Origin: Scyliorhinus canicula
Lineage: Eukaryota
Length of the DNA stretch: 64,000 bases
Direction: 5' to 3'
Assembly: GCF_902713615.1 (NCBI RefSeq)
Contig: NC_052146.1
Coordinates: 47,236,388 to 47,300,387 of the forward strand
Part shown: piece after piece, positions 12,327-24,905 of the stretch
Numbering within the stretch: the stretch's first letter is position 1
How the letters are laid out: every line of letters begins with the position of its first letter
The notes under the pieces: model-generated
Databases searched by the model: none
What the model was told of the DNA's origin: nothing
Seen by the model: only the letters and a program-made list of their open reading frames with translations
Program-made: the position numbers and the translations under genes

Positions 12327-12671
12327 AGATTCAGATTTAGAACAGTACAGCACAGAACAGGCCCTTCGGCCCTCGATGTTGTGCCGAGCAATGATCACCC
12401 TACTCAAACTCACGTATCCACCCTATACCCGTAACCCAACAACTCCCCCTTAACCTTACTTTTTAGGACACTACGGGCAATTTATCATGGCCAATCCACC
12501 TAACCCGCACATCTTTGGACTGTGGGAGGAAACCGGAGCACCCGGAGGAAACCCACGCACACACGGGGAGGACGTGCAGACTCCGCACAGACAGTGACCC
12601 AGCCGGGAACCGAACCTGGGACCCTGGAGCTGTGAAGCATTGGTGCTAACCACTATGCTACCGTGCTGCCC
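12327..12671 (-). mobile_element. HE1-like V-SINE, full length and young
   Basis: tRNA head, V-domain core (gtgggtttcctccgggtgctccggtttcctcccacagtccaaaga) and CR1-like tail; near-identical to 23961 and 34441. Confidence 0.93.
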
Positions 12672-13759
12672 GCAAATTTACCTATTTACCTTATTTACAT
12701 TATTTACCTTTCTGAAATTGATTTAAATGCACCCCACAGAAAAAGTAGAATTTCCTCTGCTCAGACAAGCCCAGGCTTGCGTCACATGTGAAAGCTTCCC
12801 GTGATATCCTTGTAAACATGTGTTTGTGATTTATGGGCTTGTTGACTGACAAAAGAATTCTTAGAATTGTGATCAAGCAGCAGAATATTGTGGACAATTT
12901 CTTAAGAGTCCAATTTGATGCAGATGATCCATGACATGCCTTTTACAAAATATTATCTCCTTTTTGGGCATTCATTTCTTGAAAGGTAACATGAATACCC
13001 ACACTGTGTGATGGTATCACCAGTCCTGACAGACACACAGAATAAATTAGATTATATCAGGCAGTATCTATATAAATCTTGGAGCGAGTATTTCGGCTCA
13101 GTTATTGTATGGTTGTGATCATTTCCCTGTTTATTACCCTTTACATCTAACACACTCCACTGTATGTTTGTGTTAATCTTGTAATGTTTGCTCAGATAAC
13201 CACATTTACAGCTGAGTTCTGAGGCACAGTGAGATTCTTTGTTCTATTCTGTTTGGCTCACTCATTGTGCACTGAGCACAGAAATCTAGTGAAAACCTAA
13301 CCACTTTGACCATTGCAGTTAACCAGTTAAGCTGAATACATGGCATTCCATCCTTCCTTTGTCAGAAAGAGTGAAGTAAAACAGATGACAGTTTAAATAC
13401 AAACACTTCTTACTAAGTACATAATGTTTAAAATACTCGCAAGAATAAAATAAATCAAGTGCAGATGTATACTTTGGGACTTGCCTCAAGTGCATTTCCA
13501 AACAGATTTTATGCTTGAGTCCAGATGAGTGAACAGCACAATTGCCATAATAACTATTCACTTGAACATAATTCACTTTGAAGGACAGGTTACCCCTTTC
13601 AGAGTTACTCTTGCAGTTTATCCCATGTCATCAATTTTGGGTGTAGTAATGTTGTAGAGAAAAACTTCAGCAGACCAGTTGCCCTTTATTACGAGTTTTT
13701 GGACAGGAAGCCTCTTCTTGTTCCCAGGAAGGGTTAACTGAAGGCAGTAATTTTTTTTT

Positions 13760-13925
13760 AAACAGAGTTAACGTCTCCGATCTAAACGGTCCTTCTACAG
13801 AACTGGAGAAGGACCATTTAGATTTGATGCGTTAACTCTCTTTCTCTCCTCAGATGCTGCCAGACCTGCTGAGTTTATCCTGCATTTTGTGTTTTTATTT
13901 CATATTTCCAGCGTCTGTGGTGTTT
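13760..13925. repeat. Palindromic Penelope-type repeat, partial
   Basis: agagttaacg...cgttaactct inverted arms plus cagatgctgccagacctgctgag. Confidence 0.6.
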
Positions 13926-15849
13926 GATCTCCATCCTGATCTCTTCTGCCTGCGGTTTTGACATTGGAATTAACCGATTTATTTAGCCCTTCCTCTAAAA
14001 CTAGGGAATCAGAGGATTGTCATAGAGGTGAGTTGTGTTTCTCTGCTGCTACTGTCAACTGCCCTTTCCAAGCTATGGAACATTGCCTGCAATTTGGGGG
14101 AGAAAATGGCAAGACTGCCGATTTTAATGATCCACTCAGGAAACACGTGGACTTGTGGATGAATGAGTTCTGAGGCAGTGACTGAATTAGCAAGAATGAA
14201 AAAACAGCAGCCAATTATGGCACTGGTGTAATATGGAGCTTTTATCACGTCAAGACCAGCTAATAAGCCTCTTAACAAGTACAGAGTCAAACGTTAGTTA
14301 TTCAGTTTTGCAGAACACAAAAACGATGGAGAATAGCTCCAGGAGATGCAAGAGAAACTTAATTTTCAGTTCATGCTCTGGGTATGTTGATAAATACAGG
14401 TGAAGACTACAGGATAACATAAATTATATTATCCGCTCCATAACGAAAGAAAGAATGGACTGTTTGAAGGAATTTTAAAGATGGACAACTTCACTCTTTC
14501 AATTCCCCCGTTTCATGTTCTATACTAGATAAAGGTTGTGCACAATTGAAGAACGCAGCATGGAACAGATGGTGCACCTACAGACATTAAACAACTTCCT
14601 TATTAGTAGGCAATGCAGTTTTATTTAGGAAGGAGAACTCAAATGGGATTAAAGCAAGGGAGATTGAACAAGATATCCCATGACTTACAGTAGATATTGC
14701 ATCAAGTCTAAACACAGTATTGGTGTATAATACTGCATGTCATGACCCTGTGGTAGCCAAAAAGATAAGTCTACTTATTAATTTTGTACCATCTGCTCTC
14801 TTCACACCGCAATGAGAAACCAGTCACACCACAATCTGAAGAGCACCACTCACCAAAGCTTTAAATGTCACCATTCCGGCTTGCAGCGAGACACTGGCAC
14901 AGATGCATACCCTGCATGTGAAGTAGTTAGTGATGCCGATAAGGAAGTATAGGGTGAGTCAGGGAACACTCACTGATGAGAAACTGAACCAGTCACGCCA
15001 ACCACCAAATGTTTCATGCTGACGTCTTGGTGTTTTAGAGGCAGAAGTCAATACAACAAAGCCTCCGTCGCCATGTCGTCTTGCTTTTCCAGAGTCCAGC
15101 GTGGACAGATTACACTCTTGCCCTCACCATGCTTCAGCTGCAATGGTCCTCATTGCTGTCACTGGCAATATATCGAAGCATTGTTCCAAGAATGGGAGTT
15201 TCAGCTTACAGCATGCTGAGGTGGCAATTCAACCATGGTGGAAATGCACAAAGGTGAGGACCAGGGCATTTCTGATAAATATGTCACTGGATTTGGGTAG
15301 AACTGGGTGCGACGGAAGGGAGAAAACTGCACAGCATGGAGAAAAAGAGGCATAATGCACAGCAAGATGGGAAATTTTGGGGAACGAGAGGAGGAACGTG
15401 AACAGCATTAAAAGATAAGGGAGTGGGAAATTGATGCATTGAAGGGGAGAGGAAATGGGTGGCAATAGAAGAGAAGGGGTAGAAAATACAAGCATGTTTT
15501 GAGGTGGGTGGGGGGGGGGGGGGGGGAGAAGGTGGACCAATCCTTTTCAATAGGTAAGGAAAGATAATCTCAGTAATAATTGAGAGCGGTGGGAAAATTG
15601 TCAGCATAACTATGTTGAGGGAGAGGGAGAAAGGTGTAAACTGGGAGCATTGGAGAAGTATGTATCTCTGTGGAGGAGTGAGGAGTGTTTTTATTAATTG
15701 GGTCTGGAGCAGTTAGGGTACCTTTTGTGGACTGGAGCTCAGTGGGGGTGGGACAGCGGATTTTGGATGTAGGGAAGTAATTGTTGAGGTATCCTTTAGG
15801 AACTGACAGTTTGGTATAAGGTCGAGGCCTGGATCATCAAGTGGACCAT

Positions 15850-16022
15850 ACAGGTTTAGGTGGACTGGCCATGATAAATTGCCCTTTAGTGCCCAAAGAT
15901 GTGCAGGTTGGGTGGGGCTGTGGTGTTATGTGCACACGGGGGGGAGTGGGCTTAGGTTAGGTGCTCTTTCAGAGGGTTGGTGCAGACTGATGGGCTGAAT
16001 GGCCTCATTCCATGGTTCTATG
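15850..16022 (+). mobile_element. 5'-truncated HE1-like SINE
   Basis: aggtggactggccatgataaattgccc...gatgggctgaatggcctc. Confidence 0.7.
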
Positions 16023-16429
16023 GAATGGAACAATGGTTATATGCAATGTAGACTGTCATTGACTATGTGAAGTTCCCAGTGGAGATCTGTAACACAGGTC
16101 AGAGGTAACGTAGGTGTATCCCTCATATATGAGTATCTGATTAATTCTTCCACTGCTGTTTTGAAGATTCCAGGGTCCAAATACAAAGAGATAATCTATC
16201 AGTGCAAAGTATAGGGTAACACAGGAATAGAGGGTTTGCATAGGATAATTCATCACATAGGGAAAGCAAGGACTTTAGGAAAGCACATTGAAATGTATGT
16301 TACAGTTGCACATGGCATTAAGTTTGCTATATGTTTTACTCTATGCCCCTTACATTGTTCAGAAAATGAATTAGCAGTTGTGGAAGAAGCAAACAAGCCT
16401 GTGAAATATCCCATCGCCATTACTTTTCT

Positions 16430-16890
16430 AACATTCTTTAATGGATGTGGGCATCGCTGGCAAAGCCAGCATTTGCTGCCTATCCCTAATTGCCCTTGAA
16501 GTGAATGACTTGCTTGGCCATTTCAGAGGGCAGTTAAGAATCAACCATATTAATGTTGATCCAGCGTAACATGTGGGCCAATCCTGATAAAGTTGGCAGA
16601 TTTCCTTCCCTAAAGAACACAGAGGACTTGGGGGCCATGGTTTTATTTTCCGACAATCAAGTTCAAATCAGTCCAGATCCCACCCCACAACGGGTTCAGT
16701 CCGGATCCCGTTACACATTGTGTTTGGTCCAGGATCAGTCTGGATCACCATTGCTGATATTAGCTTTTAGCTCCAATATTTTTTTTATTGAATTTAAAGT
16801 CCATCAGGTACTGTGGTGGAATTGGGCACCCATCCCCAAAGGATTAGTATGGGCCTCTGAGTGGCTACTCCAGTGATATTACCACCAGAC
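16430..16890 (-). mobile_element. Old LINE 3'-tail or SINE fragment
   Basis: Reverse-complement homolog of 31620-31870 (cagcattt..tgcc.atccctaattgcccttga; gggcagttaaga.tcaacc). Confidence 0.55.
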
Positions 16891-18658
16891 CATCTTCTCC
16901 CCTTTCGCTCAGGGCATTCACCACTGCCATTGGTAATACAATGTAATTCATTGACGATCTTCACAAGTCAAACCTCAATCGTAGCCCCCCCCCCCAAGCA
17001 TCCCCTCGTGCATAGCTGTTCAGGTGGTAGAATCTATTGTAGCAGACACGTTGATTGTGATAGCAACTACTGTGAGCTCTACACCTCCTCTGTACTAATG
17101 TGCAGCTTCCAATATAGCAAAACGTACAAGTGAAATGAACTTACCAGTTATCCATTAAACTGTAATATATGCAGTAAATTCAACAATTTAATATTTTTTA
17201 ACACGTGCTAAACGTTCAACTCTAAAGTTTGTAACAATTTATGTAAATCCTATCCTGGTGCCTACTGTTCAAAATGTGTTTTATTTAAATAGGGTTAATT
17301 CTACAATGGAGAAATCAGAAATAAATGTCATTTTAAGATCCTTTTGTATTAGTGAAATCACCACATGGTGACCAATTAAAACTGTCTTTTCAAGCTGAAT
17401 GATCTGGAGTCTGCTCCAGGTCCATTTATTCCATCCCGCAGCCCTTCTAATTCCGACAGTCTGTGGAGCTTAAAGAACCCGGCATCTTGAATGGGGTTTC
17501 AAAGAACAATTTGTCTTTGGCTGGCAAAACTGACCTTCCGTTTTGCATGTGCAGCCTTCAGCAGAAGAAATAGAGAAAAGAGCCAGAGAGCGTGCAGTCT
17601 CCAGTGTTTCGAGTTCTAGAAAGGCATTGGTAGCTGGGTGTGAAGCACATTACAAAACAATAGGTACTGCTTTTATCAGAGCACAACTATTCATTTCAGA
17701 CTGGTAGATTTCCCCCGGCTTTAATGAAATGCAAAGTCAGCCAAGCACCAGGTGTAAACTAGTGTACGGCATAAAATCCCCAATAATTTGGTTCAAACTG
17801 ACCATCTTATTCAGAACGATCACAAAGATCGATGGTTTAAAGAGCTACTTCACTGTGCTACAACTGCCAAAAGTGGGAAATGTTCTGTCCCACACGACCG
17901 GCGTCGTTCGCTGGAATTAACAGAAAAATGTACCTTTAAAAAAAATATAGAGTGGCAAAGATAATGTGCCAGGAGTTGATTCTACCAATTCGCAAATAGG
18001 ATGAAGAGGGAGAATAAGCAAAGTCACCCAGCACTGAACCTCACATCCGAATAAATGCGGGACAAACGAGTTCGGCAGTCAAACCCGCCAGCACTGAATT
18101 GGTCAAACACCACTTTAAGTTACAGATTTGTTAAATGGAAAGCATACATTCAGATTAGTATCAGTAACAGATTCAGACAATACACACTGGATCACACTAC
18201 GTGAGGCAACCTGCCCCTCCCCCTGCAACAGCTCCCACCATCTAATATTGTTGATGGAGAAATCAGTCAAAGCAATTTCCCGTCCATGTAACGATAAAAT
18301 TATGTCACTGCATCTTCAGAAATAACCCGGCAAATCGACGTGTGGATGTGCGGGGAGGAAGGGGTGGATTTAAAAAAACTTAAAAGCACCAAAGCAATCT
18401 GTCCCCTGAATCCTTATGTGGGAAACGACTAAAATAAAAATCCCAACAGCAACTTTTGGGACACGTTCAAAAATCAGAACATTCTGGATTGGGGGAGGGA
18501 GGGGCGCATTTTCAGGAGGATGTCGCTGGGTGGACCTGTGCTGGATCCCCGGGTAATTTGCCTTGCTCCCCATGTTGAGTTGACCCCATTCCTCCCCTTC
18601 CATCATCAAATAGCTGACGACAATCTCCCCTCCCAGAACTGAGCGCACCTCCTCAACA

Positions 18659-18673
18659 CCGCCAGAGGGTCGG
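18659..18673 (+). promoter_or_regulatory. CTCF-like motif
   Basis: CCGCCAGAGGGTCGG resembles the CTCF core CCASYAGRKGGCRS; lies in non-repetitive DNA. Confidence 0.35.
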
Positions 18674-20134
18674 CTGAACTGGAGGCAATGATTAAAAAAG
18701 CCTCCACCAGCCTGTATCTGTGAGCAGGAAACCGTTGTCCACAATAAAACAGCATTGTCAGTAAATGGGACTCACTTCTGTTTGTAAACTTGTCAGAAGC
18801 TGCGCCAGAAAATGGAGCTGTGCATGTAAAATATATCTTCTGTTTTATAGATAAGACCCCGATCTAACAGCCAAGTAAATGCAGCGGTGGGATGTCTCTT
18901 GATAGTCTTGTGAGTGTCAATGGGGTTGTCAGGAGTAGTTGGAAGGTGCAGGTCGCCGGCTCTGCTGGGTCTCTGCTGGGCTGGTAAGCATCAATAAACA
19001 CCTCATACTCTTAGTGCGCTGTAAGTGGCCCAAACCCATTTCTATATTCGAAAAATGAGCGGGTAGTGACTGATAATTAACCTTTCGGTAGGGTTTGGAA
19101 AGTTCTGCAGACAGGAGAGAGGAAGTTGCAGTGGGATCTGTGTGTGTGTGCGTTCACAAACATGTCTTACTGGAATTCAGCCCTCACCCTGTGGTAGCCT
19201 AGCCCCCCCCCCACAGCTCCTAATTAGCTGCATCCACTGCTTGTGTGAACTCGCGTTGACTTTAGCCACAGGGATCCCGACAGATTGTGTTTTAACACAA
19301 GGACGGGACTTTAGGGCTGTTGACGGCGGCAGTGCCATGCTGACAAACTTCTTCCCCCCCCCCCCCCCTCCAGAAAGTTTGGACCTTCCTGCCCACCCCG
19401 TTAACACGGCCTCACAACGTGACACTTGTGCATTCCAGGCAGAATCTTTTTACAGTTATTTCAGAGCTCGTTAAAGTGATAAACTGCCGCGATGTCAGCC
19501 ACTGCACTATTTCCACAGCAGCCTTGGAGAGCAGGTCGGCAGCCCCGATAACCAGAAAGAAGGTGAGGGAGATCAGGAAGCTACCCGAGGCCAGGTCAGC
19601 ATTTACCCCACTGGCAGCAATGGGCTCTGGGGCTCGGGATGGGGAACTATTCTCTGCCTGGGCGCGCGTTGCTCCCTCGGATGGAAGATAAAACCCCCTC
19701 CTCCTGCTCTGGGAGGACAGCCTGCTGAACTCCAGGCCAATGTGGCCCACCGTTTGCAGCCAGCGGTGTCAGCGAGCAGGCTCCCATCCCCTGCCCTCCC
19801 TTCCAGCACAGCCCCTTGTGGACAGCGCTCCCCCACGGTTCAACATGGATAAAGGAAGCTCATCCAGCAGAGAAGCGAGAATGAACTGTCCAGAAGTCAA
19901 GCATTCCTCCCGGGGTAATTTGGGCTCTCTTCCGATGGGGGGGGGGGGGGGGGGGGGGCGCAATATTACTCAGGTAAATATATTTTCTGCAGCAAGAAAC
20001 CTTGTTAATCTGGGGTAAGGTGTTCACATGTCTGTCAAAGTTGCAGTTTTGCATCCCGGGAGTTCCCACTTGGAACGCTTTCGGTTGCTCTTGATCAACA
20101 GTTTGCTTAATCTCCATTTTACACAGACAGGAAC

Positions 20135-20625
20135 TCCCCCTCCCCACAGCCACCCCCCTCCCCTCCCCACACACCCCAGGCCTCCCCTTCCCACACACAC
20201 ACATACATCCCAGCCCACCCCTCCCTCCCCACACACACCCAGCCCTCCCCACACACCCCAGCCCTCCCCACACAAACCCCAGCCCCCCCCCCACACACAC
20301 CTCAGCCCTCCCCACACACACACCAGCCCTCCCCCACACACACCCCAGCCCTCCCCCCCACACACACACCTCAGCCCTCCCCACACACACACCAGCCCTC
20401 CCCCCACACACACACCCCAGCCCTCCCCCCCACACACACACCCCCCAGCCCTCCCCCCACACACACACCCCAGCCCTCCCTCCCCCCCCACACACCCCAG
20501 CCCTCCCCCCCCACACACACCCCAGCCCTCGCCCCCCCACACACCCACACCTCAGCCCTCCCCCCACCTCCCACACACACACCCCAGTCCTCCTTCCCCC
20601 CCCCCCCCCCACCCACACACACACC
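20135..20625. repeat. C/A-rich degenerate tandem repeat (cagccctccccacacacac-like)
   Basis: Directly visible low-complexity array, G-rich on the minus strand. Confidence 0.9.
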
Positions 20626-20692
20626 CCATTGCATGAGTCCAGGGATTGATGAATTGGACATGGAAATGCCCCCTACAGATGTACAGCCTCGT

Positions 20693-20893
20693 TCACTCAT
20701 TCTCACTCACTCACACTCATTCACTCACTCTAATTCACTCACTCTCTCTCACTCACACACTCTCATTCACTCACTCTCGCTCACTCACTCTCTTATTCAC
20801 TCACTCTCTCACTCACTCTCTTATTCACTTACTCTCACTCTCACGCTCACTCACTCGCACACTAACTCACTCTCACACTCACTCACTCTCTCC
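20693..20893. repeat. (TCAC)/(CT) microsatellite-like tract
   Basis: Visible tcactcactc repeats. Confidence 0.9.
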
Positions 20894-21199
20894 CAGATGG
20901 AGATGAGAATGCGGTCGCTGTGGGCGGCATCACCAGGGAGACAGGGGGTTGGATGTGAGCCCGGAGCCGATAGCGATTAGAGTGTCTGTGACTGACCCAC
21001 TGCGCTGTCACAGAGGCCGACCCCAAAGTACCTTTAGCCACATTGTCCAAACCGTTATTTCCGTCCCAGCAGACGGGACAGTGCTGTCCGCGCCAACATC
21101 TTACTCCTCACAGCTCAGCTTCCCAAGTGGAGCCGCAGTCAGGTACAATTCTCCTTTAAAGTGCACACGCCAAGTTGTGTTGGTAAACTTCAAACTTAC

Positions 21200-21284
21200 C
21201 ATTGCAGAATAATGCGGCACACACCAGGACCTCAGCCAGGCACGGGCGCAGGGTAGTCAGCTTTGCAAATCCCAAAGTCCGCAT
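21200..21284 (-). CDS. Putative first coding exon of an unidentified secreted or type-I membrane protein (signal-peptide exon)
   Basis: ATG with A at -3 and an in-frame TGA 9 nt upstream; 85 nt encoding MRTLGFAKLTTLRPCLAEVLVCAALFCN(G); consensus donor G|GTAAGT in phase 1; about 300 nt downstream of a GC/CCAAT promoter. Confidence 0.6.
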
Positions 21285-21554
21285 GTTGCCTCAGGAATTA
21301 TTTGTAACCTTCCCAACGGGACACCCTGAACTATCTCTCGTCACCAGGAGACTTTGTTCCAAAAGAAGCTTCTCTGGATTCTCTTTAAAAACTCCATGCA
21401 CTGTCCAATCCCGCCACAGTGGTCAGGCAGCCAGAGGGAAATGAGCCCAATAGAGAGGCCAACTTGCCCCCCTCCCTCTTCCCTTCCTCCTCCCCTCCTC
21501 GCTGCCTCTCTGCCTTATCTCTGCGATCATGCTCCACTCACTCAGTGCCCGCGC

Positions 21555-21690
21555 AAGAACCCCGGCCGCCCCGCCCCACCCATTGACAGGCAGCGCAGCC
21601 GGCCAATCAGAGGCCGGGCTTTGGGCGGCGCTGGCTACCGATTGGTCGGCGGAAGCGGCAAGGGGCGGGGTCCCGGGCCAGCCGCTGTCC
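21555..21690. promoter_or_regulatory. CpG-rich promoter with Sp/KLF GC boxes and two opposed CCAAT (NF-Y) boxes
   Basis: ccgccccgcccc (21566), ggccaatcag (21601), gattgg (21640), cggaag (21650, ETS-like) and ggggcgggg (21662), in a TE-poor block spanning about 17-23.8 kb. Confidence 0.75.
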
Positions 21691-21727
21691 AAAGCTCCCC
21701 AAGTTGTCCTGGAGCCTTGGCCGAATA

Positions 21728-22450
21728 TGGAGAGGGGGGGGGGGGGGGGGGGGGGAATGCGAGGGGAAGGGGGGAGAGTGCGAGGAGAGGGGGGGGGGGA
21801 GTGCGAGGGGAGGGAGAAGTTCGAGGGGAGGGATTGGGGGTGAGGGGGAGAGAGGTGTGGGGAGATGGAGAGGGAGGTGTGGGGAGATGGAGAGGGGGTT
21901 AGCGGGAGGGGGAGAGGGTGAGGGGGTAAAGGGAAGACGGAGGGGGTGAGGGGGGAGAAGGAGGGGGTGAGGGGGAGGGCGGGTGAGGGGGATAAGGTGA
22001 CTGGGTGAGGGGAGGGGTGTGGGCGTGAGGGGAGAGGGAGAGGAGGAGGGGGTGGGGCGAAGGTGAGGATGACGGGTTGATAGGAGGGGGTGAGAGGAGG
22101 GGGAGAGGTGAGAGGAGGGGGAGGGGATGAGAGGAGGGGGAGGGGGTGAGAGGAGGGGAGGGTGAGGAGGGGAGAGGTGAGGGGGAGGGGAGAAGTGATG
22201 GGAGGATGAGGAGATGAGAGTGAGGGAATAGGTGAAATGGAGAGGGGGAGGAGAGCAGAGAGGTGAGGGGAGAGCGAGGGAAGGTAAGAGATGAGGGGAG
22301 AGGTGAATAGAGAGGAGGGTGAGGGGTAGAGTGAGAGTAGGGGAGATGAGAGTAGATGAGGGTAAGGCGAGGAGAGATGAGAGTAGGTGCAAATAGGGGA
22401 GGTGAGGGTAGGAGAGGGCGGCATAGGGGGTGAGGGTAGCGGAGTTGAGG
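21728..22450. repeat. Polypurine G-rich low-complexity tract
   Basis: About 720 bp that is almost entirely G/A on the plus strand. Confidence 0.9.
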
Positions 22451-23708
22451 GTGGCCGCGACTGTGAGGTCGACCTGAGACTGGCTCCCAGTATCGACCCC
22501 CCCCCCCCCCCACTCCCTGAATCTTTCACATCCCCATCAAACTGAAGTTTTCACTTCGACCACAGTTTTGAGAAACTCCTTCAATCCTGTCCTTTCCTTT
22601 AAGCTGACTGCATTCTGATCCACACCGTGTTGCTCACACACCAGAGCAGAAGTCACTCAAGCTAATAGCCCCCATTGACAATGATTCCAGCTCCATTTTC
22701 CTTCTCCTGCGTCCCCCCTCTCTCACCCGCTCTTTCACACCCCCCCCCCCCCCCCACACCCTTTTTCACTCCCTCCTCTTTCACCCCCTCTTTCACCCCC
22801 CTCTCTCAGCCCCTCTTTCAGCCCCCTCTTTCACTCCCACTTTCACCCCCCCCCCCCCTATTTCACCCCCTCTTTGGACTCCTGGGTGCTGTTGAGAAGT
22901 TTTATTTAAACTCCACCACAAAAGTCGACACCCAACCTCCCTTCAGTAAAAACCGGACACCGGTACAGTTCTGTAAAAGTATTTGCCTGTGCCCTCGGTT
23001 TTATTTTGGTAAGAGGGTGCTGATAATTGTAATCTCGCCATGCTCGGAATTTGTCCCGGCTCGCGTTAATCCTGACTCGCCGCTGTCCTCAATTTGAAAT
23101 TAAAAGATGGAAAAATATTCGATAAACTTAATTTTATACCCAATGGAAAATTAATTACGAACGTGAATATGTATGTTTATATGTTCGCTTAACCTCAGCC
23201 AGACTTCCCACGTTTTAAGAAATCTTGCATAAATCTCAAACCATTAAATTGCAACTATTTTATTCGCTTCGCCCCTGGATTGGAAATATAATTCCGAATT
23301 CAGTTTGCTGGAGGTTCTTACTGATGTGTAGTCATGTTGCTAACAGTAATTACCCCGAAGGTAGAAATCAAGGTGGCTAGAAGGACAGGGTTTTCTTAAA
23401 ATCCAAATACAACAGGGAGGAAAACATCCACTTTTCAACAAGACCTCTTCTCGGCAGGCGACGCATTAAGACTGAACATGTACTTAATATCCCTTTTGAT
23501 GAACATGCACTAAATTACACGTCTGCAAAGCATTCTGAAGGGCCGGACAATTAGGAGTGAAGTTTACTGATTGATGTCTCATTTTCAGTGTGATGCAGTT
23601 AGTTCTGCTGTTAAAATATTTAAAACTCAGCATTAGATTGGCGCAAATCCCGTTGCAAAGTCTCTGGGCTCAGTATCGCTCCTATTTGTTCGCAACTGTG
23701 AAGTAATC

Positions 23709-23723
23709 GCGACACCTAGTGGC
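23709..23723 (-). promoter_or_regulatory. CTCF-like motif
   Basis: Reverse complement GCCACTAGGTGTCGC, one mismatch to CCACTAGGTGGCGC. Confidence 0.45.
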
Positions 23724-23918
23724 GAGGTCTCACTACACTGATCTCTCAAAACTTGACACATTCTCCTCTCACCCCCCACAATTCGCCCTGGGCTCATAAC
23801 CATCCTGCCTAGGAATGTTGATCGCAGTTTAGCTGGATTTGGCTGGGGGGGGGGGGGGTGGGAGAGTTTAAGAACTCACTGTGAATTCAAATACAGTATG
23901 GATATTATGCACTAGTAT

Positions 23919-24562
23919 GGGCAGCACGGTGGCACAGTAGTGAGCAATGATGCCTCATAGGGGCCTCATGGTAGCATGGTGGTTAGCATCAATGCTTCAC
24001 AGCTCCAGGGTCCCAGGTTCGATTCCCGGCTGGGTCACTGTCTGTGCGGAGTCTGCACGTCCTCCCCGTGTGTGCGTGGGTTTCCTCCGGGTGCTCCGGT
24101 TTCCTCCCACAGTCCAAAGATGTGCGGGTTAGGTGGATTGGCCATGCTAAATTGCCCGTAGTGTAAGGTTAATGGGGGGATTGTTGGGTTACGGGTATGT
24201 GGGTTTAAGTAGGGTGATCATTGCTCGGCACAACATCGAGGGCCGAAGGGCCTGTTCTGTGCTGTACTGTTCTATGATCTATAGTGCCAGACACCCGGTT
24301 CGATTCCGGCCTTGGTTGACTGCGTATAGTCTGCACGTTCTCCCCGTGTCTGCGTGGGTTTCCTCACGGTGCTTCGGTTCCCTCCTACAGTCCAAAGATG
24401 TGCAGGTTTGGTGGATTGCCTGTCCATGCTACAATTGCAGTGTTCAAAGATGGGGTTCCAAGGGTAGGGTGGGGAAATGAGCGAGGTAGGGGGGCTTTCA
24501 GAGAGCTGGTGCCAATTTGATGGGCCGAATGGTCACCTTCTGCACTATAGGAATTCTATAGC
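23919..24562 (+). mobile_element. Older V-SINE with a young HE1-like SINE (about 23961-24283) inserted in its tRNA head
   Basis: Outer head gggcagcacggtggcacagtagtgagcaatgatgcctcatag resumes as tgccagacacccggttcgattcc; ATAG is duplicated around the inner copy. Confidence 0.88.
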
Positions 24563-24705
24563 TATTATTTTTAATCACAAACAGAGGGCTGAACATTTGC
24601 GATCTTGATGTCAACCATTGTTACCTTTTAAAAAAAATCCATGGAAAAACCTTTTAAAGTAATCGTATAATCAAATTTAACAAAACACCATTAAAATTGG
24701 TGCAT

Positions 24706-24905
24706 GGACGGTGGCACGGTGGCACAGTGGTTAGCAATACTGCCTCACAACGCCGAGGACCTGGGTACGATCCCAGACCCGGGTCACTGTCCGAGTGAAG
24801 TTTGTACATTCTCCTCATGTTTCCGTGGGTCTCACCCCCACAACCCAAAGATGTGCAGGTGAGGTGCATTGGCCATGCTAAATTGTCCCTTAATTTGAAA
24901 AAAAG
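24706..24905 (+). mobile_element. HE1-like V-SINE, short variant
   Basis: cacggtggcacagtggttagc...ggccatgctaaattgtccc. Confidence 0.8.

Noticed and set aside
12471-12653. Repeated 60-aa ORF MVSTNASQLQGPRF... (also at 23976 and 34570)
   Set aside because: Spurious frame within HE1-like SINE copies.
19412-19963. Two same-frame minus ORFs separated by one TGA (possible selenocysteine or readthrough), with a hydrophobic stretch
   Set aside because: Non-ATG start next to a homopolymer run, no recognisable homology or SECIS element, and GC-rich intronic DNA readily gives such ORFs.
21200-21284. Assignment to PTPRM from the MRTLG start
   Set aside because: Only five residues match and the rest of the exon does not; gene symbol left blank.
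19860-22529. Pro/Ser/Gly-rich ORFs up to 368 aa
   Set aside because: Translations of low-complexity tracts around the promoter.
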